A stretch of DNA of 64,000 bases from an uncultured Chloroflexia bacterium (GTDB taxonomy: Bacteria > Chloroflexota > Limnocylindria > Limnocylindrales > CSP1-4). Every line of letters begins with the position of its first letter. Position 1 is the first letter of the stretch. The stretch lies in contig CAVVYR010000007.1 in NCBI GenBank assembly GCA_963752475.1, forward strand, positions 256,001-320,000. Direction: 5' to 3'. Of this stretch, positions 21,923 to 31,952 are shown one piece after another. Below the pieces are notes generated by a model. It saw nothing but the letters and a program-made list of their open reading frames with translations, searched no databases and had not been told where the DNA came from. Both the position numbers and the translations under genes were made by a program.

Positions 21923-22393
21923 ATGGCAGAGGTCGGAGGCCGCACGTTCAGCCGCGTGCACCACGTGGCCTACATCGTGCGCGACATCGAGCAGTCCCTC
22001 GCGTTCTACCGGGATACGTTGGGCCTGACCGTGGGGCTCGTGCTGCCCATCGAGTCGGACGAGGTCATCGTGGCCTTCCTCGAGGTCGGTGAGACGAAGA
22101 TCGAGCTCGTGCAGCCGACCTCCGACACGACCGGCGTGGCGCGGTTCCTCGACAAGAAGGGGGAGGGCTTCCACCACGTCTGCTTCGAGACGCCCGACGT
22201 GGACCAGACCCTGGCCGATCTCGCGGCAAAGGGCATCGAGATCATCGACGAGCAGGCGCGCAAGGGGGCGGAGGGGCCGGTGGCGTTCATCCACCCGCGC
22301 TCGTGCAACGGCGTGCTCACCGAGCTCATCGAAGCACCGGGCGGCCCCGCCTGGGGCCGGCTGGGCTACGAGGGCGATCCGCTCGCACGGTAG
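21923..22393 (+). CDS. mce: methylmalonyl-CoA epimerase
   Basis: VOC fold motifs HHVA, KIELVQP, GEGFHHVCF, AFIHP and GVLTEL; adjacent to the mutase. Confidence 0.92.
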   Translation: MAEVGGRTFSRVHHVAYIVRDIEQSLAFYRDTLGLTVGLVLPIESDEVIVAFLEVGETKIELVQPTSDTTGVARFLDKKGEGFHHVCFETPDVDQTLADLAAKGIEIIDEQARKGAEGPVAFIHPRSCNGVLTELIEAPGGPAWGRLGYEGDPLAR

Positions 22394-22411
22394 TGCCGTG
22401 CGACGCGCCGG

Positions 22412-23344
22412 TCACGTGCCGGGAGCGGTCATCTCCACATCGATGTGGTAGTCATCGCCAGTGCCTGGGGCGACTATCGAGATGGCGCGCGCAGGCTTCC
22501 CGGGCGAGCCGATCTCCGCATCGACGTAGTCGTTGCTATCGGACGTCCGGTCTCCGATGCTCGATTCGAAGCCCGGTCCGAATTCCACGTACTCGTCGTA
22601 CTTGCTGGTGCCGGTTCGGTACCAGTTGTGCCCGCCACCTGTACTCTGCAGCCGGATCGTGTCGGTTTCGACGTCGTACACGCTCGTCACCACATGCCAC
22701 TTCACGCCCCACTTCTCGAAGTCGGCGGCGCTGGTGGGGGTGAGCGTGGTGGGATAGCGGCCCATGACCACGAAGTCCCCGATCGAGACCACGCCATCGC
22801 CGTTGACGTCGGCGAGCTTGGCGATCATGACGTCGCCCTTGTCGAACCGCTGGTTGCGGTTCATGTCGCTGTAGGCCACCGCCAGCCACGGCACCGAGCC
22901 CAGCTCACAGGTCTCGATGGGGCCGCCGCCGGTGCCCTGGTAGCAGCCATCGATGCCGATGCCGCCACGCAGGGCATCGTTCTGCTGGCCTCCGAAGAGC
23001 ACGTCGTTGCCGGGATTGCCGAAGATGACGTCGCGTCCCCGGCCACCGAAGACCCGGTCGTTGCCCGGACCACCGATGATGCGGTCGTTGCCCCCGCCCC
23101 CGCAGATGATGTCGTTGCCGCCGCGCCCGAAGATGCGGTCGTTGCCACCGCGCGCGACGATGACGTCACCTCTGGCGGTGCCGCGGATGATCTCGCTCTT
23201 GCCGGTGCCCACGATGGTGGCGGTCTTGCCGCCGCACTTGGGCTTGGCCGCTGAGGCCGGGGCCGCCACCGAGGCTACCGCCAGCGATGACAGCAAGGCG
23301 GCAGACGTGACGATAGCGAGCGTCCGGCGGGTGATCGACGACAT
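22412..23344 (-). CDS. secreted Ca-binding protein with RTX-type repeats (paralog of 8111-9121)
   Basis: Signal peptide, CGGKTATIVGT, GGxGND repeats and the shared C-terminal domain. Confidence 0.85.
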   Translation of the reverse strand: MSSITRRTLAIVTSAALLSSLAVASVAAPASAAKPKCGGKTATIVGTGKSEIIRGTARGDVIVARGGNDRIFGRGGNDIICGGGGNDRIIGGPGNDRVFGGRGRDVIFGNPGNDVLFGGQQNDALRGGIGIDGCYQGTGGGPIETCELGSVPWLAVAYSDMNRNQRFDKGDVMIAKLADVNGDGVVSIGDFVVMGRYPTTLTPTSAADFEKWGVKWHVVTSVYDVETDTIRLQSTGGGHNWYRTGTSKYDEYVEFGPGFESSIGDRTSDSNDYVDAEIGSPGKPARAISIVAPGTGDDYHIDVEMTAPGT

Positions 23345-23373
23345 GAGCTTTCCTCCTGGCCGGTCGTGTGCAC

Positions 23374-23415
23374 GACCGTGGAGGAAATGTACAGGGCGTC
23401 GCTGAGGATTACCAG
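23374..23415 (-). promoter_or_regulatory. putative promoter motif shared with the RTX paralog
   Basis: Minus strand CTGGTAAT-N14-TGTACATTTCCTC. Confidence 0.55.
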
Positions 23416-23438
23416 CCTGGTTCCCGGTCGGTGGCGGC

Positions 23439-24053
23439 TCAGTCCGTCGATGGTCGGTCCGAGGGCTCGGTCCAGTCCCCGTTGAGGTAGTGGTCGATCA
23501 CGGGCGTGATGGCACGAACGACTTGGTCCACCGGAGTCGAGGCCAGGGGTTCGACGGCGACGACGTAGCGAGCCATGGCCATGCCCACGAACTGCGTCGC
23601 GATCATCGTCGCCCGCAGCTCCGCATGATCGGTCTCGATGGACTCCGCGAGCGGGGTCAGCACTCGCTCCGCGAGCACCACGCGCATGATCTCCGCGGCC
23701 TCGGGTTCAGATGCCGCGGCACGGACGACGGCCAGCGCGGCCCTGCGCGTGCCCAGGTCGTCGAGCGTGCCGACGAGACCCCGAGCCACCCGCTCGGCGA
23801 GCTCGTCGGGCGGTCCGTCGAAGGCTCGGGCGATGAAGGTGTCGGGATCGACCGGTAGTCGTATCGACTGCGTGAACAGCTCCTGCTTGGAGCCGAAATA
23901 GTGCGTCACCAGCCGAGCGTCGACACCCGCAGCCGATGCCACGCTACGCATCGTCGTACGTCCGTAGCCAGCGTCCGCGAACTGGTCGCGCGCAGCGTCG
24001 AGGATGGCCTCGCGGGTGTCGCTGCCCGCCGGGCGGGGTCCGCGCTTCTTCAT
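23439..24053 (-). CDS. TetR family regulator
   Basis: TREAILDAARDQFADAGY...TTMRSVA...HYFGSKQELF; divergent from the MFS gene. Confidence 0.93.
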   Translation of the reverse strand: MKKRGPRPAGSDTREAILDAARDQFADAGYGRTTMRSVASAAGVDARLVTHYFGSKQELFTQSIRLPVDPDTFIARAFDGPPDELAERVARGLVGTLDDLGTRRAALAVVRAAASEPEAAEIMRVVLAERVLTPLAESIETDHAELRATMIATQFVGMAMARYVVAVEPLASTPVDQVVRAITPVIDHYLNGDWTEPSDRPSTD

Positions 24054-24063
24054 GGCACTTGCT

Positions 24064-24105
24064 TTTTCCACGTTCGTAGAATAGCATTTCCCCACACGAG
24101 GAATA
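24064..24105. promoter_or_regulatory. two putative TetR operators
   Basis: TTTCCnCnnnCGnnGAATA occurs twice with period 22 in the 67-bp divergent gap. Confidence 0.5.
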
Positions 24106-24120
24106 ATCGAGGAGGCACGC

Positions 24121-25641
24121 ATGGCAGCACCGACCACAGCGGAACTGACACCGCGCCAACGCCGGCTCGTGCTGGCGACGGTCGCGCTGTCGCTGATGGC
24201 CGTGGTCTCGGCCGTGGCCGGCCTCAACGTGGCGCTGCCCAGTCTGGCCGTGGACACCGGTGCGTCGCAGACGCAGCTGACCTGGATCGTCGACTCGTAC
24301 ACCGTCGTCTTCGCCGGGCTGCTGCTCATCGCCGGCGCGCTGGGCGACCGCTACGGACGCAAGCTGCTGCTGACGGTGGGTTTGCTGGTCTTCGGCGGGG
24401 CTGCGGCCATGGGCTTGTTCGTCACCGAACCCGACCAGCTCATCGCGGTGCGCATGGTCATGGGCGTCGGTGCGGCGGCGATCATGCCTACCACGCTCTC
24501 GGTCATCACCACCTCGTTCCCCGAGGAGGAGCGGGGACGTGCCATCGGCGTCTGGGTCGGCATCGCCGGTGGCGGGGCGATCATCGGCCTCGTCGTCACC
24601 GCGCTCCTGCTCGAGTGGTTCAGCTGGTCGTCGTTCTTCGGGCTCAACGTGGCCTTCGCGGCCGTCGGCCTCATCGGCACGCTGACGGTGGTCCCGCCGT
24701 CGGTCGACAAGGAGCCGCCGGCGCTCGATGTGGTCGGCGCGATCCTCTCGTTCGTGGCGATCGGCGCATTCGTCTTCGGGATCATCGAGGGACCGGAGCG
24801 AGGCTGGACAGACCCGCTGACGTTCGGTCCCATCGTCGTCGGAATCGTGGCCGGCATCGGCTTCATCCTGTGGGAGCTGCGCCTGGAGCATCCGCTGCTC
24901 GATCCGCGCCTCTTCCGGCTCCGCGGGTTCAGCGCCGGCAGTCTCACGCTGATCGTGCAGTTCATGGCCTCGTTCGGCTTCTTCTTCGTCGTCCTGCAGT
25001 ACCTGCAGTTCGTGACCGGCCGCTCACCACTGGAGGCGGCCCTGGCGATGCTACCGCTGCCGTTCGTGCTCATCCCGACGGCGCGCAACGCGCCCAAGAT
25101 CGCCGCCAAGATCGGGTTCAACCGCACCGGCCCCATCGGCCTGCTCGCGACGGCGGTCGGCTTCTTCATCCTCAGCCAGCTGCAGGTCGACTCGGGCTAT
25201 CTGCACTTCGTCATCGGCCTGCTCTTCTTCGGCTTCGGCATGGGCCTCGCCGGCACCCCAGCAACGACCGCCATCACAGCCTCCCTCCCGATGACGAAGC
25301 AGGGCGTGGCTTCGGCCTGGAATGACACGGCCCGGGAGCTCGGCAGCGCCTTCGGTATCGCCATCCTCGGCAGCATGCTCAACCAGGGCTATCGCGACGG
25401 CATGGCGCGGGTCGTGGCCGATCTGCCCGAGCAGGTCGCCGAGCGCATGATGAGCTCGATCGCCTTCACGGCCTCACCGATCGTGGGCATGATGGGCGAG
25501 GAAGGGGAGCGTCTCGTCGAGCAGGCACGCGAGGCTTTCGTCGGCGGCGTGGGCGATGCGGTGCTCACGGCCTCCATCATGCTTCTCGCGGCGGCCGTCG
25601 TCGTGGCCGTCGTGGCACCCCGTGCGAAGCGAGCTGCGTGA
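24121..25641 (+). CDS. DHA2 (EmrB/QacA-type) MFS efflux transporter
   Basis: About 14 TM segments; LNVALP, GDRYGRK, ELRLEHPLLD and RELGSAFGIA. Confidence 0.93.
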   Translation: MAAPTTAELTPRQRRLVLATVALSLMAVVSAVAGLNVALPSLAVDTGASQTQLTWIVDSYTVVFAGLLLIAGALGDRYGRKLLLTVGLLVFGGAAAMGLFVTEPDQLIAVRMVMGVGAAAIMPTTLSVITTSFPEEERGRAIGVWVGIAGGGAIIGLVVTALLLEWFSWSSFFGLNVAFAAVGLIGTLTVVPPSVDKEPPALDVVGAILSFVAIGAFVFGIIEGPERGWTDPLTFGPIVVGIVAGIGFILWELRLEHPLLDPRLFRLRGFSAGSLTLIVQFMASFGFFFVVLQYLQFVTGRSPLEAALAMLPLPFVLIPTARNAPKIAAKIGFNRTGPIGLLATAVGFFILSQLQVDSGYLHFVIGLLFFGFGMGLAGTPATTAITASLPMTKQGVASAWNDTARELGSAFGIAILGSMLNQGYRDGMARVVADLPEQVAERMMSSIAFTASPIVGMMGEEGERLVEQAREAFVGGVGDAVLTASIMLLAAAVVVAVVAPRAKRAA

Positions 25642-25702
25642 CCACCAGGCGCCGTCACGCGGCTCGCGTCAGGCGGTTCGCGCCTGGAGATGCTTGTGGT
25701 CG

Positions 25703-25969
25703 TCAGCCGCCGGCAGCCATCAGCATCATGCCCAGCAAGCTGACGACGGCGCAGCCGACGACGATCACGAAGGATCGCCCGCGGGAGATGTGGTCGTGAT
25801 GGACCACGAACTGCATCGTGGGCGTCTCGAACTCCGTACCGCGATAGCGATCGACGAACGACTCCTGGCGAGGGGTCTCGCGATAGGAGCGGTTGACCGT
25901 GGTCGATGCCTGTGACTTGGCCTCGGTGATGCGCGTCAACAGCGATGGTCGAGAGGTCATTCGGTTCAT
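25703..25969 (-). CDS. small hypothetical protein with C-terminal TM
   Basis: C-terminal hydrophobic helix and AAGGGG upstream; start uncertain (25969 or 25960). Confidence 0.5.
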   Translation of the reverse strand: MNRMTSRPSLLTRITEAKSQASTTVNRSYRETPRQESFVDRYRGTEFETPTMQFVVHHDHISRGRSFVIVVGCAVVSLLGMMLMAAGG

Positions 25970-26298
25970 GTGGTCGAAGCCCCTTGTGATCGGAGAGGGT
26001 GGAGCCTCGAGGGCTCTGGATGAAGGGTGACCCGGGATGCCACAGTTGTAGCAGCAGGTCGCTGTCGAGGTAAGTCCCACTAACCGCAGCCAACCGCGTC
26101 GCACCGCCCGATCCGTTGGGACCATCGAGCCCGGACCGGTTACTTCTGCTGACCGGCGGACCGTCGCGTGCACCGGCCCACCTGTCCCAGCCCCGCTACC
26201 CCAGCAGCCTGGACGGGTCATGACCCGTAGGGAACGACCCTCCGGTTACCAAGCGGCCATGGCAGGGTGTCGACCGCCAGCGGAGGCTGCGCGGTCAG

Positions 26299-26853
26299 AT
26301 GCAACCTGCCACCTTGAGCCTCGTCCTCGAACCCCAGGCCGAGGACATCCACGAGCCTGACTACTCCGCCTACGCCCCGCTCGTGCGGTTCGAGGCCTTC
26401 CTCGCGGCGCAGCGGCTGTTCGGCTGGGTACGTCTCGACGCCGATCGCCTCACCGATCTGCTCAACTTCCACGACCTCGTCGGACTATCGAACGCACTCG
26501 TGGAGGAGAGTCGAGACGGCTCGGTGGTCCTGACTGACGAGACGCTCATCCCGACGTCGGAGATCGTCGCGGTCGTCGCAAGCGGGCCCCGAGGTGACCC
26601 GTCGCGTCGAGTCGAGACCCGCGTGCATCCAGTCCTCGTCGAATCCGGCGTCTACCGCGTCGGCGGCCTGCTCCACGCCCCGCCCGGCGTAGACCCGGCG
26701 GACCGCTTGCGCAACGGCGACCACATGGTCCCGCTGACCGAGGCCTGGCTGGAGTATCCGTGGGGTGAGCGGAGCCGACGCGACGCCCGCTCGACGGTCA
26801 TCGTCAACCGGCGGGTGGCGACCAGCTTCGAGGTCCTCCGCTCGATCTCGTAG
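26299..26853 (+). CDS. hypothetical protein
   Basis: GGAGG RBS, good codon bias, RLTDLLN...GPRGDPSRR. Confidence 0.75.
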   Translation: MQPATLSLVLEPQAEDIHEPDYSAYAPLVRFEAFLAAQRLFGWVRLDADRLTDLLNFHDLVGLSNALVEESRDGSVVLTDETLIPTSEIVAVVASGPRGDPSRRVETRVHPVLVESGVYRVGGLLHAPPGVDPADRLRNGDHMVPLTEAWLEYPWGERSRRDARSTVIVNRRVATSFEVLRSIS

Positions 26854-26862
26854 CGTGCGAGG

Positions 26863-28281
26863 CTAGTCCCGGGAACGGCGGCTGAGCTTCTCGCCGGGCA
26901 TGGCCTCGAACCGGCCGCCCGATCGATGGTCGGAGCCTTGGCGCCTGGCGCCGTTTCGCTTGGCGCTGCCGTTGCTGGACCAGCGGCGCTTGCCGCCGTT
27001 GCCCGCCTTGGCCTCGTAGCGGGCACCATCACGGCCGCCGCTCTGTGGCTGTGACCGCTGCCCTGCGTCCGGCTGATTCGGGCGCTTCTTGCTGCGGTTG
27101 CGGCCACGCTTGGGCTGGCTTGGCGACGCCACCTTGACCTGCAGCTTGAAGCTGGGCTCGAAGCCGTCCACGACCTCGCGATCGATGGGCTTCTTGAGCA
27201 GCTTCTCGATGGCGCCCATGAGCTCCTGCTCCTCGACGCCGACGAGCGAGGTGGCGGTGCCCTCCAGCCCGGCGCGGCCGGTGCGACCGATGCGGTGGAC
27301 GTAGTCCTCGGGCACGTTGGGCAGCTCGTAGTTGACGACGTGGGGGAGGGCCTCGATATCCAGGCCGCGAGCGGCGATGTCGGTCGCGACGAGGACCTGC
27401 GACTTGCCGTTCTTGAAGGCGGTCAGGGCTCGGACTCGCTGTGACTGGCTCTTGTTGCCATGGATGGCGGCGGCATCGATGCCGGCCTTGCCCAGCTGCT
27501 CGGCGAGGCGGTTGGCACCACGCTTCGTGCGCGTGAACACGAGCGCCTGCTCGGAACTGCGCCTGCGTAGCATGTGCGCGAGCAGGTGTCGCTTCTGGTT
27601 CTTGTCGACCGGATGGACGACCTGGCGGATGGGTGCGGCGGTGGCGTTTCGCGGCGCGACGTCGATCGACACCGGGTCGTTCAGCAGGTCCTCGGCCAGC
27701 CGGCGGATGCGGGGCTCGAAGGTGGCGCTGAAGAGCAGGCTCTGGCGCTCGGTCGGCAGCAGCTGCAGGATGCGCTTGATGTCGTGGATGAAGCCCATGT
27801 CGAGCATGCGATCGGCCTCGTCCAGGACCAGGATCTCGACCCCGCCCAGATCGATCGTGCCCTGGCGGACGTGGTCGAGCAGGCGGCCCGGGGTGGCCAC
27901 CACGACATCGACGCCGTGGCGCAGGGCGCGGACCTGGCGGTCCATGCGCATGCCGCCGAAGATGGCCGCCGAGCGGACGGGCCGATGCGCCCCGTAGGTG
28001 CGGACGGAGGCCTCGACCTGGAGCGCGAGCTCACGGGTCGGCACGACGACGAGAGCGCGGACCCGGCGGGGACCCTTGCTGCGCGTCGCGTGGAGCGTCT
28101 GCAGCATCGGCAGCACGAAGGCCGCGGTCTTGCCGGTGCCGGTCTGCGCGCCGGCGAGGAGGTCTCGGCCGGTGAGGATGGCGGGGATGGCCTGCGCCTG
28201 CACGGGCGTCGGCTCGGTGTAGCCCTGGTCCGCGATGGCACGCAGGGATTCGGGCCGCAGCCCAAGGGTATCGAAGGTCAA
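26863..28281 (-). CDS. rhlE: DEAD-box RNA helicase, RhlE-like
   Basis: [34 protein letters not shown] and a basic tail. Confidence 0.92.
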   Translation of the reverse strand: MTFDTLGLRPESLRAIADQGYTEPTPVQAQAIPAILTGRDLLAGAQTGTGKTAAFVLPMLQTLHATRSKGPRRVRALVVVPTRELALQVEASVRTYGAHRPVRSAAIFGGMRMDRQVRALRHGVDVVVATPGRLLDHVRQGTIDLGGVEILVLDEADRMLDMGFIHDIKRILQLLPTERQSLLFSATFEPRIRRLAEDLLNDPVSIDVAPRNATAAPIRQVVHPVDKNQKRHLLAHMLRRRSSEQALVFTRTKRGANRLAEQLGKAGIDAAAIHGNKSQSQRVRALTAFKNGKSQVLVATDIAARGLDIEALPHVVNYELPNVPEDYVHRIGRTGRAGLEGTATSLVGVEEQELMGAIEKLLKKPIDREVVDGFEPSFKLQVKVASPSQPKRGRNRSKKRPNQPDAGQRSQPQSGGRDGARYEAKAGNGGKRRWSSNGSAKRNGARRQGSDHRSGGRFEAMPGEKLSRRSRD

Positions 28282-28593
28282 GGAAGCTCCTGACGGGGCC
28301 CGCCCGCGACGACGCGGGGCCGGTCAGGGCGTAAGGACTCGGGGGATGGTCTTAGGGAAACCAAGGCGCGGACCGGAGGCGCCCGTCGAGGTGAGTCCTG
28401 ACTATAGCGCACTCACCGACTTTCCCTTTCTCGCGACCGCAGTCGAGCACAGGCTCGACCGGACTCGGAGACCAGGCGTAGTTCCGGCGGACGTTGTCGA
28501 CAGACTCGCCCGGCGACCGCGGGCATTGGAAAGGGCAGTCCGGCACTTGTGCGCTGTCGTACTGCGGAGCATCCTGAGACTTGGAGGTCGATC

Positions 28594-28764
28594 ATGCTCA
28601 CCGGAGTCGCCCTGATCGTCATCGTGTTGGTGGGGCCGTATGTGCTCTGGAAGGGCTGGCTGAGGCTGTATCCCGGCATCTCGCTGCGGCAGGACTACGG
28701 CATCCAGGGTGGTTGGTTCGGGGCCAGGGCCTTCATCGAGCGCCTGCGCTCCGCGACCCGCTGA
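28594..28764 (+). CDS. small membrane protein (56 aa)
   Basis: GGAGG RBS and N-terminal TM. Confidence 0.55.
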   Translation: MLTGVALIVIVLVGPYVLWKGWLRLYPGISLRQDYGIQGGWFGARAFIERLRSATR

Positions 28765-28860
28765 AACCGGACTGGGTGCGGTCTGTCAACAACGTGTCCG
28801 GGAGCTTCAGTTGGGCTCGCCCACGTACGATGGGCCCAACGGCGTCATCGCGGCGGTGGC

Positions 28861-29748
28861 TCAGTCGGGCTTGATGCCGACCTCGATGAGCATCTGCGGG
28901 ATCTGGGTCGGTGACTCGGCGACGCGGATGCCGGCTGCCTCGAGGGCGGAGATCTTGCCTTCCGCGGTGCCACCGGAGCCGCTGATGATGGCGCCGGCGT
29001 GGCCCATGCGCCGACCCGGAGGCGCCGTGCGGCCGGCGATGAACGCGACCATCGGCTTGTCCGGCATGTGCGCCGCCTTCCACTCGGCCGCGGCTTCCTC
29101 TGCCCCGCCGCCGATCTCACCCATGAGCACGACCGCGTCGGTGTCAGCGTCGCCCTTGAAGAGCTCGAGCATGTCGATGAAGTCCGAGCCGTTGACCGGG
29201 TCGCCGCCGATGCCGACGCAGGTGGACTGGCCGATGTCCATGTCGGTCATGGCCTGCACGACCTCGTAGGTCAGCGTGCCCGAGCGGCTCACCAGCCCGA
29301 CCCGGCCCGGCCGATGGATCGATCCGGGGATGATGCCGACCTTGGCCTCACCCGGTGTCGTCGCGCCAGGGCAGTTGGGCCCGACGAGGCGAGCGCCGCG
29401 AGCGGCGACCTCGTGCACCACGGGGATCATGTCCAGCGCCGGGATGTGCTCGGTGATGGCGAAGATCGTCTCGATCCCCGCATCGACCGCCTCCATGATC
29501 GCGTCAGGCGCGGCGAACGCCGGCACGAAGATGACCGATGCGTTGGCCCCGGTCGCGTCGACCGCCCGCGCGCAGGTGTCGAACACCGGCACGGCGCCAT
29601 CGAGCGCGGTCTGGCCGCCCTTCCTGGGCGTCACACCGGCGACGACGTTGGTGCCATAGGCCAGCATCTGGCTGGCGTGGAAACCACCTTCGCGCCCGGT
29701 GATGCCCTGGACGATGAGGCGCGTGTCCTTGTTCACGAGGATGCTCAT
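28861..29748 (-). CDS. sucD: succinyl-CoA synthetase alpha subunit
   Basis: [20 protein letters not shown] and MGHAGA. Confidence 0.97.
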   Translation of the reverse strand: MSILVNKDTRLIVQGITGREGGFHASQMLAYGTNVVAGVTPRKGGQTALDGAVPVFDTCARAVDATGANASVIFVPAFAAPDAIMEAVDAGIETIFAITEHIPALDMIPVVHEVAARGARLVGPNCPGATTPGEAKVGIIPGSIHRPGRVGLVSRSGTLTYEVVQAMTDMDIGQSTCVGIGGDPVNGSDFIDMLELFKGDADTDAVVLMGEIGGGAEEAAAEWKAAHMPDKPMVAFIAGRTAPPGRRMGHAGAIISGSGGTAEGKISALEAAGIRVAESPTQIPQMLIEVGIKPD

Positions 29749-30920
29749 GCGGCACCTCCCGCCAGCTCGACGGCCTTCTCGACCGCTTCATCGAGCGTCT
29801 CGGCGGTGACGATGTCCGCGCCCGAGTCGGCGAGGATCTCCGCCGCGATATCCGCGTTGGTGCCGACGATGCGCACGACCATGGGCACCGAGCGAGTCTG
29901 CTTCTCTCGGGCCTCGACAAGTCCACGGGCGACCTCATCGCCACGGGCGATGCCGCCGAAGATGTTCACGAGGATGGCCTTCACGTTCTGATCCGTGAGG
30001 ATGAGGCGCATGGCTTCGGCCACCTTGTCCGACCGAGCACCGCCACCGATATCGAGGAAGTTGGCCGGTTCGCCGCCGGCGCGCTTGACGAGGTCCATGG
30101 TGGTCATGGCCAGGCCAGCCCCGTTGACCATGCAGCCGATGTTGCCGTCGAGCCGGATGAACGAGAGGTTCGCCTCGCGCGCGGCCACGTCCGTGGGGTC
30201 CTCCTCGTCGAGGTCGCGCATCTCCTCGTGGCCCGGATGCCGGCCCAGCGCGGAGTCATCGAGGGTGATCTTGGCGTCGAGCAGCTGCAGCGTCTCGACC
30301 GGCCCATCGGGGCCATCCTCGCGCACGACCGCGAGCGGGTTGATCTCGACGAGGTCCGCATCCTCGTCGATCGCCACCTGCACGAGCCCGGCGCAGATGG
30401 CTGTTGCCTGCCTGAGGTGGTCGCCGAGCCCCAGTGCGAAGGCCATCTCGCGTGCCTGGAACGGCTGCAGGCCCAGCTGTGGATGAGCGTGGACCTTGGC
30501 GATGGCGTCGGGGTCCTCCTCCGCCAGCGTCTCGATCTCGACGCCGCCTTCGGCGGAGCCCATGAGCATGATGCGCTGCTCGGTGCGGTCGAGGACCGCC
30601 GCGAGGTAGAGCTCACGCACGATGTCCGCGCCGGGCGCGACGAGCACGCGGCGGACGGTGATGCCCTTGATGTCCATGCCGAGGATGGCTTCGGCCGCGG
30701 CCTCTGCCTCTTCGGCCGAACGGGCCAGCTTGACCCCGCCGGCCTTGCCACGACCGCCGACGAGCACCTGCGCCTTGACCACGACCGCGGACGAGCCGCC
30801 CTCGAGGTAGGACGCAGCCTGCTCTCGAGCTTCGGCCGAAGTGCCGGCGACCGAGTAGGCGGGAACGGGTAGCCCAGCTCGTTGGAGCAGGGACTTGGCG
30901 TGGAATTCTTGTAGTTTCAT
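29745..30920 (-). CDS. sucC: succinyl-CoA synthetase beta subunit
   Basis: [30 protein letters not shown] and NIFGGI. Confidence 0.97.
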   Translation of the reverse strand: MKLQEFHAKSLLQRAGLPVPAYSVAGTSAEAREQAASYLEGGSSAVVVKAQVLVGGRGKAGGVKLARSAEEAEAAAEAILGMDIKGITVRRVLVAPGADIVRELYLAAVLDRTEQRIMLMGSAEGGVEIETLAEEDPDAIAKVHAHPQLGLQPFQAREMAFALGLGDHLRQATAICAGLVQVAIDEDADLVEINPLAVVREDGPDGPVETLQLLDAKITLDDSALGRHPGHEEMRDLDEEDPTDVAAREANLSFIRLDGNIGCMVNGAGLAMTTMDLVKRAGGEPANFLDIGGGARSDKVAEAMRLILTDQNVKAILVNIFGGIARGDEVARGLVEAREKQTRSVPMVVRIVGTNADIAAEILADSGADIVTAETLDEAVEKAVELAGGAA

Positions 30921-31109
30921 GCTCGTGCTCGAGGATAGCGTGACCAAGCAGGGCCCGTGGAGGCGGCACGGTGACACATGGGTCGCAAGTCAAGCACCGG
31001 TGATGCGTTACATTGACTGGCACCGTCCACCGCCCGAACGATCGACACCGCAAGGGGAACACAGGACAGCGATGACGCCCGCGCCCATGAAGCAGCCAGA
31101 CCGCCGCCC

Positions 31110-31952
31110 ATGACCGTGACCCCGGAGGTCCAGCAGGGCCGCAAGGTCGAGCCGGCGCCAGCGACCAAGCCGCAGGGCTCAGCAAGCCGTGGCTTCGGTG
31201 ACACGTTCCGCCTGGACCGCTGGATCATCAAGCCTGCGCTCATCGCCGGCGGCCTCATCGCCTTCATCCTCTACGCGACCTGGTCGTCGATCTTCGGCAT
31301 CCCGTACTTCGGCTTCGACTACGCGGCCAACGGCTATCACTCGCCCTTCTTCGGTATCGACCTCGGCGGAGCGCTGAACCTGCCGGCCTGGTTCAGCGCG
31401 GCCATCCTCGTGCTCTGGATCCAGGTCTTCTTCCGCGCCACCTGCTACTACTTCCGCGGCGCGTACTACAAGGCCTTCTTCCTCGATCCGCCCAGTTGCG
31501 CGGTCGGTGAGCCCAAGATCCATCGTCGCTTCGCGATGGAGAACAAGTTCCCGTTCATCCTCATGAACGCGCACCGCTTCGCGCTCTACCTCGCCTTCAT
31601 CCCGTTGGTCGTGCTGTGGTGGGACCTCGTCGTCTCGATGGTCCACGACGGTCAGTTCCGACTCGGCCTGGGCGTCTTCCTCATCGCCGCAGACGCGATC
31701 CTGGTCACGCTCTACGTGGGCTCCTGCCACTCGTTCCGGCACCTCGTCGGCGGCTCCATGGACTGCTTCAGCTGCACGGCCTACACCGAGACGCGCCACG
31801 GCATCTGGAAGTGGGTCAGCCGTATCAACGTGCGCCATGGCACCTGGGCCTGGCTGAGCCTCTTCAGCATCGTGCTGGTGGATCTCTACGTGCGCGCGCT
31901 CGCACTGGACATCATCAACGAGGCCACCCCCATCATCGGAGGCTTCCTGTAG
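31110..31952 (+). CDS. succinate dehydrogenase membrane anchor, mycobacterial Sdh1-like
   Basis: Multi-TM protein with FRATCYYFR, PPSCAV, CHSFRHLVGG and CFSC; first gene of the sdh operon. Confidence 0.85.
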   Translation: MTVTPEVQQGRKVEPAPATKPQGSASRGFGDTFRLDRWIIKPALIAGGLIAFILYATWSSIFGIPYFGFDYAANGYHSPFFGIDLGGALNLPAWFSAAILVLWIQVFFRATCYYFRGAYYKAFFLDPPSCAVGEPKIHRRFAMENKFPFILMNAHRFALYLAFIPLVVLWWDLVVSMVHDGQFRLGLGVFLIAADAILVTLYVGSCHSFRHLVGGSMDCFSCTAYTETRHGIWKWVSRINVRHGTWAWLSLFSIVLVDLYVRALALDIINEATPIIGGFL